A DNA stretch of 64,000 bases from the NCBI GenBank assembly GCA_963786955.1, contig CAWBAT010000008.1:448001-512000 (forward strand). Direction: 5' to 3'. The translations under genes and the position numbers were made by a program. Below the pieces are notes generated by a model. That model was not told the origin of the DNA, ran no database searches, and saw nothing but the letters and a program-made list of their open reading frames with translations. Of this stretch, positions 58,061-64,000 are shown in pieces (the stretch's first letter is position 1; every line of letters starts with the position of its first letter). Source of the stretch: an uncultured Acidimicrobiia bacterium (lineage in GTDB: Bacteria > Acidobacteriota > Terriglobia > Versatilivoradales > Versatilivoraceae).

Positions 58061-59104
58061 ATGAGCGACAAGAAACTTCGCTTTGCCATGTTTGGAACGG
58101 GCAACTTCGGCCCGTTCTTTGCCAAATATATCAACGAGGTTGCCGAGCTAGTCGCGATTTGCGATCCTAGCCCGGAAGCAAGGGCTCGTTTTATCGAATC
58201 CACACAACTGAAGGTTCAGGAATTCGAGAAGTACGAGGAGTTGCTCGATACCGTTGAAGTCGACGCAGTCGCATTGACGGGACCGAATCACACTCACAAG
58301 GCCATCGCCATCAAAGCCGCTCAGGCTGGCCGGCATGTATTTTGTGAAAAGGCGATGGCATTGACGGTGCCGGATTGCTGGGAAATGGTGCGTGCCTGCG
58401 AAGCCGCAAACGTCCGCCTCATGGTGGGTCAGAAGCGACGCCTGCGGCCGCCCTGGGCCAGAATGATCCACCTGCGCGACGTGTTGGGTCCCGTCCTGGC
58501 AATCTCAACGGTTGGCTATTTTGCAGGGGACTTTCACGGTTGGTGGACTCGAAAAGCCGAGAGCGGTGGTGTCCTGGATTGCTCTGGGGTTCATGAGCTC
58601 GAATGGATGCGCGCTATGGGTGGAGATGTCGCTGCGGTTAGCGCCATATCAGCTCCTCAAATCGACTCCCGGTATGATTTCGCGGATTCGATTCACGTCT
58701 CGCTTCAGTACCGCTCAGGCGCGATCGGGTTCCTGGGAGTCTCTCTTTCCTACCCGCTAAAGAAGTACCGTGAGGTCTACGGTGCAGACGTGGTTTGCCG
58801 AAATGGCGGGATGCGGCTCGTCTCGTCAATCCAACATGCCGACCTGCATTGGCGGCTTTCCAGTGAGGCAGTGGATCACCAGGAGAGGTTCGAAGAGACG
58901 GGGGGCAATCCTATCGGCGCTGAAGAAGCTCTGCGCAGGGAGATGATCGAGTTCGTACGCTGGGTGACTGACGGAACTCCACCGACCTTGACCTGGGAGC
59001 AAGGGCTTCGATGTGTGGAGATCATTGAATCTGCGCATCGCTCGGCCAAGCAGGGAGGGTCATGGATACAGCTCCCTCTCTATCGAGATCTGGAACCAGC
59101 GTGA
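58061..59104 (+). CDS. Gfo/Idh/MocA oxidoreductase
   Basis: GTGNFG, PNHTH, HVFCEKAM, SGGVLDCSGVH. Confidence 0.88.
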   Translation: MSDKKLRFAMFGTGNFGPFFAKYINEVAELVAICDPSPEARARFIESTQLKVQEFEKYEELLDTVEVDAVALTGPNHTHKAIAIKAAQAGRHVFCEKAMALTVPDCWEMVRACEAANVRLMVGQKRRLRPPWARMIHLRDVLGPVLAISTVGYFAGDFHGWWTRKAESGGVLDCSGVHELEWMRAMGGDVAAVSAISAPQIDSRYDFADSIHVSLQYRSGAIGFLGVSLSYPLKKYREVYGADVVCRNGGMRLVSSIQHADLHWRLSSEAVDHQERFEETGGNPIGAEEALRREMIEFVRWVTDGTPPTLTWEQGLRCVEIIESAHRSAKQGGSWIQLPLYRDLEPA

Positions 59105-59114
59105 TTCCTATTTG

Positions 59115-59220
59115 CTGGGAGCGCGGGCGTCCCGTCCGCAGTGGCGGCTTTTCAGGCCGCTGGGGGGCAGGCGAGGACGCCTGCACCACAAGGTTGTGGT
59201 GCGGGCCTCTGGCCTGCACA
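59115..59220. repeat. REP-like palindrome cluster
   Basis: TGGGAGCGCGGGCGTCCCGTCCGC; GCAGGCGAGGACGCCTGCACCAC-AAG-GTTGTGGTGCGGGCCTCTGGCCTGC. Confidence 0.65.
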
Positions 59221-59247
59221 AATGTCAGGAAGAGAAAAGGAGACTTA

Positions 59248-60864
59248 ATGACTGTTGCTGAGATGATCATGACGGCGGCTCGAGACCGGGGCCTACGCCA
59301 CTTCTTTGGAATTCCAGGAGGTGGGGCGCCGCTGGATCTGATTGAGGCCGGGCGCAAGCTAGGTGTGAATTTCGTTAACATGAGTCACGAATCCTCTGCA
59401 GCCATCACTGCGGCTTACTATGGCTCAATGAAAAACACTGCAGGCTTGGCAATGAGCATTCGCGGCGTAGGAGCGGCTAATTTGGCGGGGGGCATTACTA
59501 ATGTCTATTTTGAACGTTTGCCAGTGGTCGCTGTCTGCGAATCTGTCCCGAGTTCGATGGCGCAGGGCGAAAGCGTGCAGCATTGCGATCAGGAGAAGCT
59601 GTTTGAGCGAATTGCGAAATATCAATCGGTTCTCACCCCTGAGGGAGCAGATGGAGTGGTTCAGAAGGCTTTCTTTCAGGCAACTGAGGGTAGACCGGGT
59701 CCTTCGATTCTCCACTTGCCCTCGGACCTGGGTGAAGGGAGCGCCATCATGGCAACTCAGGAGACTGACTTCAGAAGAACCGTTTTTCCAGATGAGAAGG
59801 AATTTGACAGCCTGAGAGACATTCTTAAGAACAGCCATCATCCCGTCATCATCGCGGGCGCTGACCTGCTGCGGGCTGGGGCCGGCAAGGAGCTGTTGGA
59901 ACTTTCCCAAACAATCGAGGCTGCTGTTCTGGTGACCATGGATGCACGCGGAGTATTTCCGGAATCCCATCCACGGTGGGCAGGAGTCTATATGGGATTT
60001 TCTAACCCCAACGTGATCGAGACCAGAGTATTAAACCAAGGTGATGTCGTTTTGCTTGCCGGCGTGGATGCCATGATGACCCACTCTCTCTGGAAGAACA
60101 AACTGCCTACTTGCGAGTTGGCCGCTCGGCCAGACTATTCAACGCTATCGAGTTCTCCGGTAGCCCGACTTAATGGCGACCTCAAGACAATTCTTCAGCG
60201 CCTGTCACTTCATCGGAAGCCTGGTTTCTCGGAATCTGAAATTGAAGCACTACGGAAAGGAATTCTGCAGTATTTCAAGCGGCCGGTCCACGCCCGCTTC
60301 GCTACGCAAGACATTATTGAAATCACCCGAGAGATCCTTCCTGCTGATGGGATTCTCTTCTCTGAAACGGGAGCCTTTGTTTGCATGCTGGAACATCTTT
60401 GGCGAGTTGCAAAGCCAAGGACGTACTTCGGCACGTCCGGCGGAAGGACGATGGGGCTTATGGTCCCGGCAGTTCTTGGTGCTCGTCTCTCTAATTCTGA
60501 GCAGCCAATGGTTGGACTTGGGGCGGATGGAAGCTTGCTAATGCGGCTCGGAGAGCTGGAGGTGTTTGCCAGAACGGGGATTTCGATGCCATTGATCATC
60601 ATCAACGACCAGGCTTTGGGAACAATGAAGTCAAGGCAGAAGTCGAGAAAATTGCCCGATTTTGGTCTCGACCTTCATCCGGTGGACTTCAGCGCGATCG
60701 CCAAAGCATTTGGGCTGCGAGGGGTGACCGTTGACTCTCCAGAAGCATTCCGCCAAGAATTACGTTTGGCCATGCAGGCTGATCGCACGACACTGATTGA
60801 TGCCAGAATTGATCCCGCTGCGTATCACGATAGTTTTGGTCCGACCATTGGCGTACTGAATTAA
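59248..60864 (+). CDS. ThDP-dependent enzyme (acetolactate synthase-like family)
   Basis: FGIPGGG, HESSAA, GRPGP, and GADGS...INDQ ThDP-binding motif; AAGGAG RBS. Confidence 0.88.
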   Translation: MTVAEMIMTAARDRGLRHFFGIPGGGAPLDLIEAGRKLGVNFVNMSHESSAAITAAYYGSMKNTAGLAMSIRGVGAANLAGGITNVYFERLPVVAVCESVPSSMAQGESVQHCDQEKLFERIAKYQSVLTPEGADGVVQKAFFQATEGRPGPSILHLPSDLGEGSAIMATQETDFRRTVFPDEKEFDSLRDILKNSHHPVIIAGADLLRAGAGKELLELSQTIEAAVLVTMDARGVFPESHPRWAGVYMGFSNPNVIETRVLNQGDVVLLAGVDAMMTHSLWKNKLPTCELAARPDYSTLSSSPVARLNGDLKTILQRLSLHRKPGFSESEIEALRKGILQYFKRPVHARFATQDIIEITREILPADGILFSETGAFVCMLEHLWRVAKPRTYFGTSGGRTMGLMVPAVLGARLSNSEQPMVGLGADGSLLMRLGELEVFARTGISMPLIIINDQALGTMKSRQKSRKLPDFGLDLHPVDFSAIAKAFGLRGVTVDSPEAFRQELRLAMQADRTTLIDARIDPAAYHDSFGPTIGVLN

Positions 60865-60943
60865 TTGAGCCCACGAGACTTGAGTGACTGTTGTAGGATC
60901 TGGATTGCAGTATCACTGCGCAAAGCAGAAGGAGGAATAGTGT

Positions 60944-61852
60944 ATGCCTAAAGCTGAACCTTGGCGTTATGAAAAGCTCACCTGGCCGGAAATCAACCAG
61001 GCCATCCTGGCCAAAAAAGTTGTGCTCGTACCCATCGGCTCCACAGAGCAACATGGATATCACCTGCCCTTGGATGTAGACGTGGTCTGTCCTACCGGCA
61101 TTGCCCATGCCGCAGCCCGACTCATCCCTGACGAGATTTTGGTGATGCCGCCCCTTGTGCATGGCTATACGGCTCACGTGATGGATTTTCCGGGAACGAT
61201 CAACATCCACTGGGAGCATTTCATCAACTTTGTCTTGGATGTGGGCAAGAGTCTTGCGTACCACGGATTCAAGAAAATCGTCCTGCTCAACGGCCACGGC
61301 TCAAATATTCCCAATCTTGACCTGGCGGCCCGTCGGATTAATCTGGAAACCGACGCCGAATGTATTGCCAGTTCTTGGTGGATGATGCTTACGGTGGATA
61401 AGAACTTCATGCCATCCTGGCGAGAAAGTAAGTTCCCGGGAGGTTGTGCACATGCTTGCGAGCTGGAAACCTCGGTTTATCTCTATTTGGACGAGGACAA
61501 TGTGCGTAAAGATCAGATCGAAGACGGGGAGATTGCCTTTCACGTAAAGAATCGCTCGGACTTTCAATGGGTTGACCTTTTCAGCGCAGGCCCTGGTACC
61601 GCTGTTTCCTGGACAGCCTCCTACACCGACAGTGGGGTTTTGGGGCAAGCCACCCTTGCAACAAAACAGAAAGGTGAACAAGTGGTGAAAGAGGCGGCAG
61701 GGCAGCTGGCCAGGATGATTACTGAGTTTCGGGGCAGACCGAAGCCAGACCGAGGTGATCACCATGCAGCAAAACCGACAATGCCGATGCCCTGGCAGCA
61801 AGATGAATTACCAACGAGACCTGGCAATGTGCATTTTAAGTCAACTAAATGA
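60944..61852 (+). CDS. Creatininase/creatinine amidohydrolase family protein
   Basis: PIGSTEQHGYHLPLDVD, FPGT, NGHGSN, HACELETS. Confidence 0.92.
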   Translation: MPKAEPWRYEKLTWPEINQAILAKKVVLVPIGSTEQHGYHLPLDVDVVCPTGIAHAAARLIPDEILVMPPLVHGYTAHVMDFPGTINIHWEHFINFVLDVGKSLAYHGFKKIVLLNGHGSNIPNLDLAARRINLETDAECIASSWWMMLTVDKNFMPSWRESKFPGGCAHACELETSVYLYLDEDNVRKDQIEDGEIAFHVKNRSDFQWVDLFSAGPGTAVSWTASYTDSGVLGQATLATKQKGEQVVKEAAGQLARMITEFRGRPKPDRGDHHAAKPTMPMPWQQDELPTRPGNVHFKSTK

Positions 61853-61988
61853 AGATTTGCTCTTGGGACGTCTGCCGCTGAGAAGGGAAGACCGCAGCGG
61901 GCTCTAATCAGGCCTGTCGCGGTGCAAGCGAAATGTTGCTGGAACCTTTCCATCGTCGGTTAAAGACACCCAAAAAGGTAACCAACAG

Positions 61989-63329
61989 ATGCGTAAATAT
62001 CCAAAATCCGCAATGATTCTGAAGCACAACAGCCGTTTCATTCCTGGAGGAGTGTCATCCATCACGCGTATGGTCAAGCCTGAAATCGCCTTCGTCAAGG
62101 GCCAAGGCGCTTACCTGTGGGATGCCGAGGGAAACCGCTACATCGATTACCACGCAGCATTTGCTCCGCACGTCCTCGGGCACAATGATCCCGAGGTTAC
62201 CGAAGCGGTAGTTCATGTTCTGCGTAGCTCTGCCAGTCTCTACGGTTCCGGCGCCACCGAATTGGAGGGAGAGTTGGCTGAGCTGATTTGTTCGAACGTT
62301 CCCGCGGCAGAATCGGTCGAACTATTGAATACCGGCAGCGAGGCCACCGCGCAAGCGATTCGTTTGGCGCGGGCGGCTACTGGCCGCGACCATGTGATCG
62401 TGATGCAGGGGGATTACAATGGTTGGCATAACGACGTCTCCTGCAATCTGATGACTCCCTTGAGTGAGCTTGGGCCGCGAGTCTCGCCGGGAGAGTATCC
62501 CTATATCTCGATCAGCGCCGGTGTACCGGAAGCCCACAAGCGACTGGTTCATCCCATCAATTTCAACGACCTTGCCTCGGTGGAATACGTCTGTGAGCAG
62601 CGAGAAGTGGCTGCCTTAATTACGGAACCTGTTCTGCAGAACATCGGTATCGTCAAGCCCGACCCGGGATACCTGGAAGGACTTCGAAGATTAGCTGACC
62701 GCTATGGGTTCGTCTTGATCTTTGATGAGGTCAAGACGGGCTTTCGGCATTCAGTGGGGGGCTACAGCTCTTTGTGCGGTGTGATTCCGGATTTGATCGC
62801 GTTTGGAAAGGCCGTGGCCAATGGCTACCCAATGGGAGTGCTGGCTGGAAAACGAGCGCTGCTGGACGGGTTTGTCCATCCTGACCCGGCCAAACGGGTA
62901 TTGCTGGCTGGTACTTACAACGGTCACCCGGTGCCCGTTGCTGCCGCGATTGCGACCATCAAGATTCTTTTGAAGAATGATGGTTACGTGTATCGCCATC
63001 TCGAAGCTTTGAGTTCTCGAATGGAAGAGGGACTCCGAGAGATCATACGCACTCTGGGCCTAACTGCGGTTGTTTCGCGGCAAGGTTCGGCCTTTTGCCT
63101 ATACTTCATGAACCATCTCCCGCGAGACTGGCATGACCTGGCAGAAAACCATAACTTTGGGCTGGATGAAAACCTGCGCCAGGCTTTGATCGAAAACGGA
63201 GTGTATTTCTATCCGCTGGCGATCAAGCAATGCTCGATTTCGTTTGCTCACACTGAGTCCGACATTGATGCCACGCTAAGCCAAATGGAAATCGCGTTGC
63301 GGCCCCTTGCTCAAGAATCGGCGCACTGA
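61989..63329 (+). CDS. Class III PLP aminotransferase (glutamate-1-semialdehyde aminomutase-like)
   Basis: IPGGVSS, NTGSEAT, FDEVKTGFR, FGKAVANG, GTYNGHP. Confidence 0.88.
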   Translation: MRKYPKSAMILKHNSRFIPGGVSSITRMVKPEIAFVKGQGAYLWDAEGNRYIDYHAAFAPHVLGHNDPEVTEAVVHVLRSSASLYGSGATELEGELAELICSNVPAAESVELLNTGSEATAQAIRLARAATGRDHVIVMQGDYNGWHNDVSCNLMTPLSELGPRVSPGEYPYISISAGVPEAHKRLVHPINFNDLASVEYVCEQREVAALITEPVLQNIGIVKPDPGYLEGLRRLADRYGFVLIFDEVKTGFRHSVGGYSSLCGVIPDLIAFGKAVANGYPMGVLAGKRALLDGFVHPDPAKRVLLAGTYNGHPVPVAAAIATIKILLKNDGYVYRHLEALSSRMEEGLREIIRTLGLTAVVSRQGSAFCLYFMNHLPRDWHDLAENHNFGLDENLRQALIENGVYFYPLAIKQCSISFAHTESDIDATLSQMEIALRPLAQESAH

Positions 63330-63433
63330 AGTCTGGCCCGGGAGCCCGATGCGTGGTTCTTGCCTGACTCTGATATTTTTTGACAGCAGCGAGTCGTCCT
63401 TTGCTAAAACCTTGGCGGCGAAACGATTAACCC

Positions 63434-64000
63434 ATGGCTCTCTGGAATCGTCGGGAATTTGTTGCGTTGGGAGTGGGCACGATCACAACGGCCATCACCC
63501 AAGACTCCCCAACCGCAACAACCAGCGACAGCAAAAATCGTGCGGCAGTGCTGGGAATCGGACACGCTCATGCGGCAGCTAAAACCAAAGTGCTTCGTGA
63601 CTCACTTGATTTCGAGCTGGTAGGAGTCTGCGAACCAAATGAAAAGCTTCGACGGCAATACGGTGGAGAGCCTGCCTACCAGGGAGTTCGGTGGCTTTCC
63701 ATCAATGAACTGTTGGACGACCCTTCAGTGCAGCTGGTTGCGGTGGAATCTCTCGTCCAAGAAAACTTGGCCTATGCCAAACAGGCCATCGAAGCAGGTA
63801 AACACATCCACCTCGATAAGCCCCCGGGGAATGACTTGGAGAGACTGCGTTCTCTTCTGAGTGAGGCTGACCGCCGACAACTCGCGGTTCAAATGGGATA
63901 CATGTGGCGCTACCACCCAGGAGTTCAAGCGGCCATTGAAGCGGCACGAAAAGGTTGGCTGGGGGAAGTTTATTTATTTCGCGGCATCATTTGCTCTGAA
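63434..64000 (+). CDS. Tat-exported Gfo/Idh/MocA oxidoreductase (3' truncated by window edge; absent from the ORF track)
   Basis: MALWNRREFVAL...LGIGHAHA...GKHIHLDKPPG...GYMWRYHP; open to the end of the window. Confidence 0.85.
   Translation, partial: MALWNRREFVALGVGTITTAITQDSPTATTSDSKNRAAVLGIGHAHAAAKTKVLRDSLDFELVGVCEPNEKLRRQYGGEPAYQGVRWLSINELLDDPSVQLVAVESLVQENLAYAKQAIEAGKHIHLDKPPGNDLERLRSLLSEADRRQLAVQMGYMWRYHPGVQAAIEAARKGWLGEVYLFRGIICSE

Noticed and set aside
61989-63329. hemL
   Set aside because: GSA-aminomutase-like, but the catabolic context and divergent motifs (YNGWHN) argue against naming it hemL.

Overview
Bacterial chromosomal window; an Acidobacteriota-like origin is my inference from the style of the proteins, not a search result. 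(1) 1-6357, core block: rnj 3' end, uppP, ftsK, a four-helix-bundle gene bracketed by inverted 7-bp tandem arrays, cutA, ftsB and tRNA-fMet. The intergenic DNA is packed with palindromic REP/MITE-like elements. (2) ~6400-20400, eroded tRNA-linked island: frameshifted tyrosine integrase, RelE/XRE toxin-antitoxin pair, Rv1277/Rv1278-like SbcD/SbcC pair, Fe-S HhH glycosylase-like gene, methyltransferase-HNH fusion, AbiEi with a truncated AbiEii, and a relic integron. (3) 20642-26324: B12-dependent 2-hydroxyisobutyryl-CoA mutase-type cluster with a GntR regulator. (4) 28248-64000: long co-directional catabolic region. It holds five paralogous Asp-box beta-propeller proteins (two almost identical), two (alpha/alpha)6 glycosidase-like proteins, hydantoinase A/B, a sialidase-like protein, an MFS transporter, two secreted GH-like paralogs, an enolase-family dehydratase, a lactonase, Gfo/Idh/MocA oxidoreductases, a ThDP enzyme, a creatininase-family protein and a class III aminotransferase. 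Several genes carry single-base frameshifts with no other decay, which may be sequencing or assembly indels. All family assignments come from motif recognition by eye; no searches were run.
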